From a virus: DNA of 64,000 nt. Positions 28,364 through 38,734 of this stretch are shown piece after piece (position 1 is the first letter of the stretch; the number at the start of each line of letters is the position of its first letter). The DNA lies in IMG/VR virus record IMGVR_UViG_3300027808_000009, positions 1-64,000 of that record; one strand, written 5' to 3'. Position numbers and translations under genes: made by a program. The notes under the pieces are model-generated. The model did not search any database. It had not been told where the DNA came from and worked only from the letters and a program-made list of their open reading frames with translations.

Positions 28364-28594
28364 ATGAAAATCACATTTGAAACACCAAAAGAAGTAGTTA
28401 TAGTTCAAGAGTTAAAAAGAACTATTGAAGAAATAACAATTGAAGAAGTTATAGATAGCAACTCTAGAAAAGAAGTAAAAGCATATACGCAAGAAGTAGG
28501 TGTCTTAGTTCTATGGACTGGAGATGCATATGATGCAATTGGTGAATGGACTGATGCAGATGTAGTTACTAGAGTAAAAGAACTTTATAAATAA
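28364..28594 (+). CDS. small acidic protein (possible fibre chaperone)
   Basis: 76 aa, immediately after a fibre gene. Confidence 0.55.
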   Translation: MKITFETPKEVVIVQELKRTIEEITIEEVIDSNSRKEVKAYTQEVGVLVLWTGDAYDAIGEWTDADVVTRVKELYK

Positions 28595-28651
28595 ATTTAA
28601 TTAAACTACCACAGATAAAATAAGTCTGTGGTATTTAAATATATATGCATT

Positions 28652-29188
28652 ATGGACATTTTAAATTTTATTTCCTGGATTAAAGCAAAGCGTGTAACTA
28701 CTACACCTCCAGATGGATCTCTAATTGCAGTTGGTGCACCATCAACTAAAAGAGATGATAAGTATCTTACTGTAGCAATGACATTAAATGATGCAGTACA
28801 ATCAGGTAATATTGGTAATACTAAACATTATGAGTTAGACATGGCAATTACTAATACTGTAACAGTAGATACTCCCCGTGGTATTATTGATGTTCTTAAT
28901 ACAGGAACACTACCTTTTCTTCCTGATCCAGCTTATGGTAGTTCAGTATTTTTCTTAATTGATAATTTAGATTTAGATCTTACTTTAGCTAATAGAGATA
29001 ATATATATGTACAGTATTCTGTATATTACAGCCAAGTTTTTGGTGATAATGCTATTCCACATTTAATTGCTTCAGGAGTTTCAACTGGATTAGGATTTCA
29101 GCTTTATAATGCTAATCCTGCAATAGCTGATGCTAATAACTGGGATGGTGAGTTGTATGTATATTATGAATTATATACAATTAATTAA
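28652..29188 (+). CDS. structural protein with the MDILN N-terminal module (likely start 28652)
   Basis: MDILNFISWIK...LIAVG...KRDDKYLT. Confidence 0.7.
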   Translation: MDILNFISWIKAKRVTTTPPDGSLIAVGAPSTKRDDKYLTVAMTLNDAVQSGNIGNTKHYELDMAITNTVTVDTPRGIIDVLNTGTLPFLPDPAYGSSVFFLIDNLDLDLTLANRDNIYVQYSVYYSQVFGDNAIPHLIASGVSTGLGFQLYNANPAIADANNWDGELYVYYELYTIN

Positions 29189-29242
29189 TAAATAAATACC
29201 ACAGATATACTATATCTGTGGTATTTTAATATATAAAAAGCT

Positions 29243-31144
29243 ATGTTAAATAATATAACAAACTATACTAACCTTATTAATAAAAGAAAGGTTAGAACAC
29301 TATTAGAAGCAACAGACTTGTTCACGGTAGGTGTAAGAGATGCAAACTTCTATGGTAATTACCAACCAGCATTAATAACTACAACTGATTTAGTTAGTAG
29401 TGTTGCTAGTTTATTACCTCCAACTACTCCTACATGGGGATCTATTATTGGTAACATTAATACTCAAGGTGATTTAATATCTTTATTAAACGCTAAACAG
29501 GATGATATTACATTAACTACTGTAGGATCATCTGGTGCAGCTACGTTAATTGGATCAACTTTAAATATTCCTAACTATGCTGGAGGATCCTTACCTTATT
29601 GGTTAGAATATGATGGTACAGATCTTACTATTTGGAATAACGGTAAAGGTAATATTGCAACTAATACTTCATATGGTCAATATGCCCTTAATAGTAATAC
29701 AACAGGATATAGTAATACTGCAGTTGGTGTATCAGCATTAAGAAATAATACTACAGGTGCCACTAATATTGCAGTAGGTTTTGAGGCATTAAAAAATAAT
29801 ATAACTGGAACTTTTAATGTTGCTATTGGTGAATCTTCATTAGCAAATAGTAATAATGCAGCATCACAAAATATTGGAATTGGTGCTTATTCTTTGTACG
29901 ATAATACAACTGGTTTTGATAATCTTGCAGTAGGTATAAATGCACTTAGAAATAATAATGCGGGTAGGCAAAATATTGCATTTGGTACTAATTCATTAGT
30001 AAATAATACAACGGGTATTAATAATATTAGTATAGGAACAACTTCATTAAATAATAATACAACTGGTCTAGGAAATATAGCAGTAGGAGTTAATTCTTTG
30101 TTTTATAATACAACTAATAGTGCTAATACTGCAATAGGTCATGAATCATTAAAAAATAATACAGCTGCATTAAATACAGCAGTCGGTTATCAATCATCTT
30201 TCTTTAATACATCTGGAACAGAAAATACTACAATAGGTTTTAGTTCAGGATTAAGTACAACTACAGGAAGTTATAATACTGCACTTGGTGCTTATTCATT
30301 ATATTATAATACTACGGGTAGTGAAAATGTAGCAATAGGTACATCAGCATTGTACAATAATACAACTGGTTTTTTTAATATTGGTTTAGGGATTTTATCA
30401 CTTGGAGCAACAACTACAGGATATGAAAATATTTCAATTGGTAATTTATCATTACGAAATAATACTACAGGTAATAATAATATAGCTGTAGGTCATCAAG
30501 CATTGTATAGAAATACAACAGGTAATACAAATATAGCAATTGGTAATTTCTCATTAGACTCAAATACAACAGGATTAGGTAATTCAGCATTAGGTCAGGG
30601 TTCATTAAGTGGTAATATTACAGGTAGTAATAACGTTGCTATTGGAGAAGCTGCAGCAGCATTTAATACTACTGGTAATAATAATACTAGTGTTGGTGTA
30701 CAGGCATTGTTATTTAATACAATAGGGAATGATAATACTGCTCTTGGAAAGTCTGCTATGTATTCAACAACTACAGGAATTGGCAATACAGCTATAGGTG
30801 CAGGAGCATTAAATAATAACACAATAGGACAACAAAATACAGCAATAGGTAGTGGAGCATTAACAAATAATATTACAGGAACTAATAACATTGCTATAGG
30901 AAATACAGCTGGAACAACAAATGTATCTGGTAATAATAATACTATGATTGGTGTTGCTACACTTTCAGGTAACTTTAGTGGTTCAGTAATATTAGGTTTT
31001 GGAGCAGCTGCTACAGCAGCTAATCAATTTTCAGTAGGATCAGCAGGAACAAATGCAGGTTCAGTAACATCAGAAGTTAACACTTCTTCAAATGTATGGA
31101 ATGTAGTAATAAATGGTGTAGCAAGAAAAATTTTATTAGCATAA
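29243..31144 (+). CDS. long fibre protein with many 14-aa NTA(I/V)G..AL..NTTG repeats
   Basis: Roughly 30 imperfect repeats, a divergent copy of the shared N-terminal module, and a C-terminus shared with 31169. Confidence 0.8.
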   Translation: MLNNITNYTNLINKRKVRTLLEATDLFTVGVRDANFYGNYQPALITTTDLVSSVASLLPPTTPTWGSIIGNINTQGDLISLLNAKQDDITLTTVGSSGAATLIGSTLNIPNYAGGSLPYWLEYDGTDLTIWNNGKGNIATNTSYGQYALNSNTTGYSNTAVGVSALRNNTTGATNIAVGFEALKNNITGTFNVAIGESSLANSNNAASQNIGIGAYSLYDNTTGFDNLAVGINALRNNNAGRQNIAFGTNSLVNNTTGINNISIGTTSLNNNTTGLGNIAVGVNSLFYNTTNSANTAIGHESLKNNTAALNTAVGYQSSFFNTSGTENTTIGFSSGLSTTTGSYNTALGAYSLYYNTTGSENVAIGTSALYNNTTGFFNIGLGILSLGATTTGYENISIGNLSLRNNTTGNNNIAVGHQALYRNTTGNTNIAIGNFSLDSNTTGLGNSALGQGSLSGNITGSNNVAIGEAAAAFNTTGNNNTSVGVQALLFNTIGNDNTALGKSAMYSTTTGIGNTAIGAGALNNNTIGQQNTAIGSGALTNNITGTNNIAIGNTAGTTNVSGNNNTMIGVATLSGNFSGSVILGFGAAATAANQFSVGSAGTNAGSVTSEVNTSSNVWNVVINGVARKILLA

Positions 31145-31168
31145 TAATTAACTTAAAAATAAATAAAA

Positions 31169-31981
31169 ATGGATATTTTAAATTTTATATCATGGATCAA
31201 AGGTAATCATGTAGTAAATACAGTTGATACCTCAAGAACACTTATACCATTAGGATTAAAAGATGCAAGAAGAGGTGATGGATATTTACCTGGTGCAATA
31301 TCAGTAACTGATTTCTTAGATTTGGTACCAGCTCCAGTTCCTCCAACTGATGCTTTAGGAAACACGTTTGTTGGTGAAGATGCTTTTGCAAATAATGTTA
31401 GTGGGTCAGCAAATGCTTTTTTTGGATGGAGAGCAGGTTATACAGGGACAAATCAAGTCTACAATACTGGAATTGGAAGAACTGCATTACATTCTAATAC
31501 AACAGGTTCTGAAAATACAGCAATTGGTGTTAATTCATCATACAATAATATAAATGGAATTGGTAATGCTTCAGTTGGAAATAATTCTTTGTATTTTAAT
31601 ATCAGTGGTAATAGTAATTCATGCTTAGGAATTTCAACATTATTTTACAACACAACTGGACAAAAAAATATAGCTATCGGTGAAAATTCATTATATGCAA
31701 ATACAACAGGTCAGTATAATATTGCAATCGGTGCATCTGCTGGAAACAGTAATACAACAGGTCAGTTTAATATTATGATAGGATCTGATATTGATAATCA
31801 AAATTATAATAATTGTATAATATTAGGAAAACAAGCTCAAGCAACAGCTAATAATCAATTTGTAGTAGGATCTTCTGGAACTAATGCAGGTACAATTGCT
31901 ACTGAAGCACTAACACCTACAGTATCTTGGACAGTAAAAATCAATGGTGTTGATTATAAAATACCATTACAAATAGCATAA
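31169..31981 (+). CDS. short fibre paralogue (MDILN module, NTAIG repeats)
   Basis: Same N-terminal module. C-terminus NQFVVGSSGTNAG...INGV..KI.L is shared with 29243. Confidence 0.8.
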   Translation: MDILNFISWIKGNHVVNTVDTSRTLIPLGLKDARRGDGYLPGAISVTDFLDLVPAPVPPTDALGNTFVGEDAFANNVSGSANAFFGWRAGYTGTNQVYNTGIGRTALHSNTTGSENTAIGVNSSYNNINGIGNASVGNNSLYFNISGNSNSCLGISTLFYNTTGQKNIAIGENSLYANTTGQYNIAIGASAGNSNTTGQFNIMIGSDIDNQNYNNCIILGKQAQATANNQFVVGSSGTNAGTIATEALTPTVSWTVKINGVDYKIPLQIA

Positions 31982-32020
31982 TAAAAAATAAATATATTAA
32001 CTTTACAAAAAACAAATATC

Positions 32021-32239
32021 ATGGAATTAGAATTAACAGCAGAGCAAGTAGCAAAATCAGTATCAGCAGCATATGATAGTGTAGCATTATTAAATGAGTT
32101 AAAAGCTAAAGAGTCTTTAACTATAGAGGAAGTAGATACACAAAGACGTAATGAAGAGCACATCAGAATTATGATGGGTAAAGAATGGTTTGTAGGTGGA
32201 CTTACTAAAAAACAAGTAACTGAATTGCAAGCAATATGA
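32021..32239 (+). CDS. small protein (possible fibre chaperone)
   Basis: 72 aa, after a fibre gene. Confidence 0.6.
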   Translation: MELELTAEQVAKSVSAAYDSVALLNELKAKESLTIEEVDTQRRNEEHIRIMMGKEWFVGGLTKKQVTELQAI

Positions 32240-32382
32240 AAACAGAAGATGCAAAACAAGTAGTTGAACAAGCTTTAAATCAAGCATTCCTTAAAGGAGC
32301 ATTTAGTTTACAAGATGCAGCTATGATCACACAAGCATTAGGAGTTCTATTTGCAGAACCACAACTAGTTCAAGAAAACTAA
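32236..32382 (+). CDS. 48-aa protein (not in the ORF track)
   Basis: MKTEDAKQVVEQALNQAFLKGAFSLQDAAMITQALGVLFAEPQLVQEN, with an ATGA overlap. Confidence 0.6.
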   Translation: MKTEDAKQVVEQALNQAFLKGAFSLQDAAMITQALGVLFAEPQLVQEN

Positions 32383-32469
32383 ATTAAGAGCCACAGAGAT
32401 GTGGCTTTTCTTTTTATATTTGTATATATAGAAAGTTTTCTGTATATTATTATATATAAATCAATTATT

Positions 32470-33075
32470 ATGTCTGTAGGAAATTTAAAAACATACGGTG
32501 GTAAAGGAACAAACATGCCATGGCAATTAAAAATGCTATTTGGTCAAGAGTGTGCATGTGATAACCTTACTGATATTAACACAAATACAAGTAATGTAGA
32601 TTCATTACTTAACCAAATACTTGCAGCAATACAGGCGGGAGCTGATTATGAAGCAGCTCTTGTACTTGATGCTAATGATGTAACTTGGTTAGAGATAAGA
32701 CTTTATAATGCTGGTACGGGAACTTTTGATCCACCAGTTTATTATCTTGCAGGAACAAATACTCCAGGTACACCAGTTGCACCAATAACGTATATTAATC
32801 CTAATAGTTATTTATCTCAAATAGTAAGTAATACATCAGCTGTTAGTAGAACACCTAATTATATTAGAACATTTGTAGCAGGTACAGTTGCTCCAATAAC
32901 ATATAGCTTTTCTATAGCAAATGTAGGATCAGCTAATGGAACTTTTTTAGGTGCTCCTATTAAACCAGGAGAATCAGTAAGTTTTGGATCTGATGGTATT
33001 AATAATTATTATGCTGCTTCTACATTTACATATGACGGAACAGGTACTGAATTACTTATTACTTATAATACATAA
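32470..33075 (+). CDS. virion structural protein (likely start 32470)
   Basis: MSVGNLKTYGGKG..., beta-rich C-terminal domain. Confidence 0.65.
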   Translation: MSVGNLKTYGGKGTNMPWQLKMLFGQECACDNLTDINTNTSNVDSLLNQILAAIQAGADYEAALVLDANDVTWLEIRLYNAGTGTFDPPVYYLAGTNTPGTPVAPITYINPNSYLSQIVSNTSAVSRTPNYIRTFVAGTVAPITYSFSIANVGSANGTFLGAPIKPGESVSFGSDGINNYYAASTFTYDGTGTELLITYNT

Positions 33076-33087
33076 TACTATATACTA

Positions 33088-34584
33088 ATGAGTACAGAAA
33101 TTAATATAAAGAAAAAATTAGCAATTCTAGATGAAGGTGTAAGTGTAACTACAGACGCAACTAGTATTGATTTTGTAGGTGCTGGTGTTACTGCAGCTAC
33201 AGTAGATGGTGATGTTACAATTACTATTCCAGGAGGTGTAGGATCTGTTACGGCTACTGCACCAATACAATCATCTGGAGGAACAACACCAGCTATTAGT
33301 ATGGCACAATCATCAGCAACAGTAGATGGATATTTATCTTCTTCTGACTGGTCAGTATTTAATGCAAAACAAAATGCAATTACTCTTACTACTACAGGAA
33401 CATCAGGAGCCGCAACATTAGTTGGTAGTACATTGAATGTACCTAATTACGCAACCAGTACAGGTGGTATATGGGGAATAGCAAATGCAAGTGGTGTTTA
33501 TACTTATTATGCAACATGGGCTTTAGCGGTTGCATCTGCGACAAGCGGTCAATGTATTGAATTATTTGCGGATATTACTGAAAATGCAGTAGGTTACACG
33601 TTAAAAAATGGTGTTAATATTAACGGTAACGGACATACAATTTCATTCTCAATAGTTGACGGATTTATTGCTACTTCTTCACCTACTATTTGTGAAATAA
33701 ATAACATAGTAGTTAATCAAGCTACAGCAAGTGTTTCTGGTTTATATATTAATGCTACTGGCTCAATAATTGGCGGTAATGCAACATTTAATAGTAATAA
33801 CGCTTCATCTTATGGTGTATATGGTCGGCTCGTGACTAGAATCTATGGATTTACGTGTAATGGTTATACTCCTATATTTACATCAAGTACAATTTCCCCA
33901 AATGCGGTAATAGATAATATTTATGTAGACTCAATTGGGGGTTCAGCCATAACAACTGGAACTTTATCAAATTCTATCATTAAATCAAATACTGCTGGTG
34001 TTTCTCCTGTTGGATTATGTTATACAATTAATAACTGTTATATATATGCTAATGGTGGGAGTGCAATTGCTACTACTATTGCAATTGAGGTAAACAACTC
34101 TACATTAATATCAGTTACTTCAAGAGTATTAACAGGTTCTGCTGGAGTATTTACACTTAATAATTGTTATGTAAAAACTTCAGCTGGAGATATAGGAATT
34201 GGAACATTTAATAATTGCACAATATTATCATTAATTAACCCAATAAATTTTTACATGGCAAGTGGAATATTTAATAATTGTACAATAACCGCAAATGCTT
34301 CAGCTGTTTTTTCATTATTGGGTAGTGGAAGTATCAATAATTGCAATGTTATTTGCAACTATAATAACGCTGGAGGTCATGGATTCTATTATTCAACTTG
34401 CTCTGTTAATAATTCAATTATTCAATTAGCTAATTCGGGGGCAACAGCTTTTACAAGTGCTGGGGCAATTACTATGTATTTAGCGAATAATTCAATAAAA
34501 GGCTCAACAAACTTTAAAAATGCAAATGTAACAAACGGTCAAACAAATACAGCAGATGCACAAGGAAATGTAATTTTACAATAA
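33088..34584 (+). CDS. tail spike / fibre with a right-handed beta-helix-like domain
   Basis: Shares the NAKQ..ITLTT.G.SGAATL.GSTLN.PNYA segment with 29243. YYATWALAVASATSGQCIELFAD entry and repeated NNC.I motifs resemble pectin-lyase-fold spikes. Confidence 0.65.
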   Translation: MSTEINIKKKLAILDEGVSVTTDATSIDFVGAGVTAATVDGDVTITIPGGVGSVTATAPIQSSGGTTPAISMAQSSATVDGYLSSSDWSVFNAKQNAITLTTTGTSGAATLVGSTLNVPNYATSTGGIWGIANASGVYTYYATWALAVASATSGQCIELFADITENAVGYTLKNGVNINGNGHTISFSIVDGFIATSSPTICEINNIVVNQATASVSGLYINATGSIIGGNATFNSNNASSYGVYGRLVTRIYGFTCNGYTPIFTSSTISPNAVIDNIYVDSIGGSAITTGTLSNSIIKSNTAGVSPVGLCYTINNCYIYANGGSAIATTIAIEVNNSTLISVTSRVLTGSAGVFTLNNCYVKTSAGDIGIGTFNNCTILSLINPINFYMASGIFNNCTITANASAVFSLLGSGSINNCNVICNYNNAGGHGFYYSTCSVNNSIIQLANSGATAFTSAGAITMYLANNSIKGSTNFKNANVTNGQTNTADAQGNVILQ

Positions 34585-34604
34585 ACTAATTAATAAATAA
34601 AAAT

Positions 34605-34778
34605 ATGGAAACAGTAGAAATAGGACAGATAATTGCACAGTTGAAAATGACTGAAAACATGAGAATCATCACTCAAGATTTAAACGGTAATAACGTGAAA
34701 GTCTTAGTGTGGGAAGACTTTACAGTTGAGGAACAGGCACAATTGGTAGCTTGTGTAAATATGATTGAATCAAAATAA
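34605..34778 (+). CDS. 57-aa protein (not in the ORF track; possible chaperone)
   Basis: METVEIGQIIAQLKMTENMRIITQDLNGNNVKVLVWEDFTVEEQAQLVACVNMIESK. Confidence 0.6.
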   Translation: METVEIGQIIAQLKMTENMRIITQDLNGNNVKVLVWEDFTVEEQAQLVACVNMIESK

Positions 34779-34790
34779 ATATAAAAAATT

Positions 34791-36056
34791 ATGGCGGTAG
34801 TAACAGTTTCGGGTAATCCCGTAGTAGGTACTAAATACACAGTAACTACAGCATCAAGTGCTGATTGGGCTTCTGTATCAAATAGTACATATTTCTTTGA
34901 TTTAACAGATAAATTAGTTCATTATAAAGACTCAACAGGAGCTATAATTGAATTATTTGGAGCAGCTGGTGGTTTAACATATTTTACAGAAGCACAAAGT
35001 ACAGCTTCACCAAATGCTACAGTTAACGTAGATTCATTAACAGCTATAGCTGGTACTACTGATGCGGATTTAGCAATTATTCCTAAAGGAACAGGAGCTT
35101 TATTAGGACGTGTTCCAGACGGTACAGCAACTGGAGGAAATAAACGTGGCGCAAATGCCGTAGATTTTCAAACATATATTGACCAACCCGACCACGTAGC
35201 AAGTGGAAACTATGCAGTTGTTGTTGGCGGTCAAGGAAATAAAGCCACAGCAATTAATAGTACCGTGGCGGGAGGGTATTACAATAATGCTACGGGTCAA
35301 TATAGCACAGTTATTGGCGGTTTTGGCAATAGTTCTATCGGTTCATTTTCTGTTACTGGTGGTAGAGATAACATTGCTAGAGGTACAGATGTAATGCTGG
35401 GTGAAGGGTGCTCAACCGTTAGTAGCTTAAATCACAACACCGCTATTGGTTATTATAATGTAATTACGGGTGGATACCATTCAGTTGCGTTAGGTGGATA
35501 TAATTCATGTACAGGACAGATTCACGTAGCTTTAGGCGATAGTAACACTCTTACAGCCCCTTACGGATCAGTTGTTTTAGGTATTAATTGTTTAGATAAT
35601 GGTTATAGTCGTTTTGTATATGGTAATCAAGGGTGGGTTAAGGGTGATACTCAAAGCTCAAAAATAGTTTTAAATAGAAGAACAACAAATGCAACTCCAA
35701 CGCCTTTAATTATTCAAACACCTAATGGGTCGGGTGAAGCAACAAATAATCAATTAACGCTAAAAGATAACAACGTATTCAGAGTTAAAGGTTCTATAAC
35801 AGGTAAACAAAGTGCTTCAACTAACGTGGGAGTTTGGGATATAGATTGTGTAATAGTAAGAGGAACAACCGCCGCATCAACAGTTATAGCAGGCACACCA
35901 ACGGTTTCACTTGTTGTAAATACAGGTTCTTTTGGAAATCCAACTTTAACTGCAAACACAACATTAGGGTGTTTAACAGTTACAGTTATAGGTCTTGCAT
36001 CGACTAACGTTCAATGGACTTGTGTAATTGACACTTGTGAAGTTATTTACGCATAA
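34791..36056 (+). CDS. fibre protein, paralogue A
   Basis: Shares GGLTYFTEAQ...GGNKRGA.AVDFQ and the C-terminal RVKGSI.GKQSA...DCVIVRGTTAASTVI with 36072. Gly-rich YadA-like repeats in the middle. Confidence 0.75.
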   Translation: MAVVTVSGNPVVGTKYTVTTASSADWASVSNSTYFFDLTDKLVHYKDSTGAIIELFGAAGGLTYFTEAQSTASPNATVNVDSLTAIAGTTDADLAIIPKGTGALLGRVPDGTATGGNKRGANAVDFQTYIDQPDHVASGNYAVVVGGQGNKATAINSTVAGGYYNNATGQYSTVIGGFGNSSIGSFSVTGGRDNIARGTDVMLGEGCSTVSSLNHNTAIGYYNVITGGYHSVALGGYNSCTGQIHVALGDSNTLTAPYGSVVLGINCLDNGYSRFVYGNQGWVKGDTQSSKIVLNRRTTNATPTPLIIQTPNGSGEATNNQLTLKDNNVFRVKGSITGKQSASTNVGVWDIDCVIVRGTTAASTVIAGTPTVSLVVNTGSFGNPTLTANTTLGCLTVTVIGLASTNVQWTCVIDTCEVIYA

Positions 36057-36071
36057 TAAAATTATATAACA

Positions 36072-37331
36072 ATGGGAGTAAATAGTAATCAATATCTTCA
36101 AGGTATAAATCAAACAACAGGAACAGGTGTTCCGTCACATTCAGCGGTTGCTGGAGATAGATATACAGATACAGCAACAGGTATTACTTATCAATATACT
36201 ACAAGTTGGCAAACTGTATCTTATAGTGCAGGCGGTTTAACGTACTTTACCGAAGCACAAAACACAACAGCACCTAATGCTACTGTACCTGTAGATAGTT
36301 TAACTGCGGTTACAGGTACTACTAATGGTGACTTTGCAATTATACCAAAGGGTGCTGGAGCTTTAATAAGTCAAATTTCAGACGGAACAGCTACAGGTGG
36401 GAATAAAAGAGGTGCAAGAGCTGTAGATTTTCAAAGAAGTAGGACTGGAGCTTCTCAGGTTGCAAGTGGTACTGATTCAGCAATATTAAGTGGTATTAAT
36501 AACGTTGCTTCAAGTACATATTCAGTAGTTTCTGGTGGTAGTGGTAACTCAGCGTTAGGGCAATATAATTTCGTTTTTGGTAGAAATGGATATGCTACTG
36601 GTGATTATGTATTTGAGTTTGGAAACAATGGTGGAGGTACAGCAGGCGGTGGTTTTGGTTTTTTATCTGCATCAACAGCAGGCAATGCTACTTCATTTAA
36701 TGGTACAGCAACTGGAACTGGCTCTTTTGCTAAAAATGGAGTTGCTTCAGGCAACGGAGCTTTTGTTGCTGGCGGCGTTAGTAACGGTGCAAGTGGTATA
36801 AATTCATTTGTAACAAATGACACTAATTCCGCAAGTGGAAAATATTCAGCTTGTTTTGGTGTTTATGGATCAACAAAAGGTATTGCTTCAAGAATATCAC
36901 TAGGTACTTTACAAGATATAGGACCATATTTGCAAGGTAATAGTCAAGTATCAACAGGAGTTGTAGGCACCCAAACATCAACAAATACAGCAATTAGTTT
37001 ACTTGTTTATAATGGAACAGCAATTGCTTTACCTTTACAAGATAATGAAGCAATAAGAGTAAAGGGTTCAATTATTGGAAAACAGTCAGCAACTACAAAT
37101 GTTACAAGTTATGACTTTGATTGTGTAATTGTTAGAGGAACAACAGCAGCTAGTACGGTAATTAAAGTAAATAACATGAATTTAGTTTGGGATGATATAG
37201 TTTGCACAGTTTTACCAACATTAACAGCGGACACTACAAATGGTGGTTTAGACATTAAATCAGGAGGTAAATTAACAACAACAATTAAATGGAGCTGTAG
37301 AATAGACAGCACAGAATCAATTTTAGCATAA
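36072..37331 (+). CDS. fibre protein, paralogue B
   Basis: See paralogue A. Confidence 0.75.
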   Translation: MGVNSNQYLQGINQTTGTGVPSHSAVAGDRYTDTATGITYQYTTSWQTVSYSAGGLTYFTEAQNTTAPNATVPVDSLTAVTGTTNGDFAIIPKGAGALISQISDGTATGGNKRGARAVDFQRSRTGASQVASGTDSAILSGINNVASSTYSVVSGGSGNSALGQYNFVFGRNGYATGDYVFEFGNNGGGTAGGGFGFLSASTAGNATSFNGTATGTGSFAKNGVASGNGAFVAGGVSNGASGINSFVTNDTNSASGKYSACFGVYGSTKGIASRISLGTLQDIGPYLQGNSQVSTGVVGTQTSTNTAISLLVYNGTAIALPLQDNEAIRVKGSIIGKQSATTNVTSYDFDCVIVRGTTAASTVIKVNNMNLVWDDIVCTVLPTLTADTTNGGLDIKSGGKLTTTIKWSCRIDSTESILA

Positions 37332-37359
37332 TAATTAGTAACTTTATAAAAAAAACAAT

Positions 37360-37707
37360 ATGAAAATTAAAACATTAGTACCAGTAACGTATAACAACGG
37401 AATAGCAGGTCAAGAAACAGGATTAGTAACAGGAAATCTACAAGCTTGTAGTCAACAATTAAGATTTGGATTTGATTCTCAGTATATGTTTGAATATGCA
37501 TCAGAAAGCGGTCAAACAATTGCTAACAATATGTACCCAGTTAGTGCTGAAGAAACAAACGCCTTATATGAAATAGTAAAAAGTGAAGTACCAACAGGTT
37601 TATCTTATACGGATTCAACAACTTATCTTTACTATTTAGGTTTCAGAATACAAATGGCTGCAACTTTTGGAATTACAGTAAATGATATTGAAATAATAAT
37701 TGATTAA
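37360..37707 (+). CDS. hypothetical protein (possible fibre chaperone)
   Basis: 115 aa, after the fibre pair. Confidence 0.6.
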   Translation: MKIKTLVPVTYNNGIAGQETGLVTGNLQACSQQLRFGFDSQYMFEYASESGQTIANNMYPVSAEETNALYEIVKSEVPTGLSYTDSTTYLYYLGFRIQMAATFGITVNDIEIIID

Positions 37708-37717
37708 TATATAAAAG

Positions 37718-38488
37718 ATGGCCGGGTCATATTGGAGTGAAGATGTTTTAGATACACTGTATCAGAAACCTTCAGAAATATATAGGGGTTTTACTTATAA
37801 TAATAACTCTACAACTGTACAAGCAGATGGTGGATTAGTTGCTTCAGCTTCTGCTTCTACATTAGCTCAATCTGTTGCATCTACTAATTTTGTATCAAAG
37901 CAAATAAGACTTAGATATTATGCATCAATTGTAGCAGGCGGAAGATATACAGGAATAAGAGGATCAGCTTTACTATGGTTTTTACACGGTGGGTTTAGAT
38001 TTGTTTGTGACTTTAATGTTTCAGATACAGCATATTCTGCAGGTTGTCAACAATTTTATGGTTTAGCTGGTCAAACAACTGACTTAGCTTACGGTACTGT
38101 ATCTGGTACATTAGTAAGTACATTGACTAACATAATTGGTGTCGGTAGTGAAATTGGTGATACTAACTTACAAGTATTCACCAATGATGCTACAGGTACA
38201 GCAACAAAAGTAGATCTTGGTGCAGCTTTTCCTGCTAATAGAGATGCAGGTGCTATAATGACAACTGTATATAGTATAGTATTAGTTAATAAACCAATGT
38301 CTACAAGTGTAGTATATAGAGTAACTAACAATGAAACAGGTGCAGTTGCAACAGGTACAATATCAACTGACTTACCAGCAACATCACAAGGATTAAATTT
38401 ATTTGCTAGTAGATGTATGGCTGTAACTTCTGTAACTAATACAGGACAATTTGATTTAATGAAATTAGGAGTATTCTCACAATTATAA
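37718..38488 (+). CDS. virion structural protein (lectin-like beta sandwich?)
   Basis: 256 aa, rich in Thr/Ser/Gly and beta-strand patterns. Confidence 0.55.
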   Translation: MAGSYWSEDVLDTLYQKPSEIYRGFTYNNNSTTVQADGGLVASASASTLAQSVASTNFVSKQIRLRYYASIVAGGRYTGIRGSALLWFLHGGFRFVCDFNVSDTAYSAGCQQFYGLAGQTTDLAYGTVSGTLVSTLTNIIGVGSEIGDTNLQVFTNDATGTATKVDLGAAFPANRDAGAIMTTVYSIVLVNKPMSTSVVYRVTNNETGAVATGTISTDLPATSQGLNLFASRCMAVTSVTNTGQFDLMKLGVFSQL

Positions 38489-38491
38489 GAT

Positions 38492-38734
38492 ATGGAAAAA
38501 TTTATACTAGTATCATCAATGATTATAGAAGATGACTTAGAAGCAAATGTATGCTTAAGACCTTCAAGTTCATTAATAGAAAACTATATAGCAACATATA
38601 GAACTTTTGAAAATGAGGTTGTTGCAATTGCTGAAACACCAGCTTTTATTGCTGAAATGACACCATTACTATTTGCTGAATTTGAACAAATGGATAATGT
38701 ACCAGTAGAAATAAGAAACCAATTTGAATTATGA
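38492..38734 (+). CDS. small acidic protein
   Basis: 80-aa ORF. Confidence 0.55.
   Translation: MEKFILVSSMIIEDDLEANVCLRPSSSLIENYIATYRTFENEVVAIAETPAFIAEMTPLLFAEFEQMDNVPVEIRNQFEL

Noticed and set aside
34791-37331. Diversity-generating retroelement (TR/VR pair) in the fibre paralogues
   Set aside because: Differences between the shared segments are at all bases and mostly synonymous, not adenine-specific. No reverse transcriptase is present in the window.
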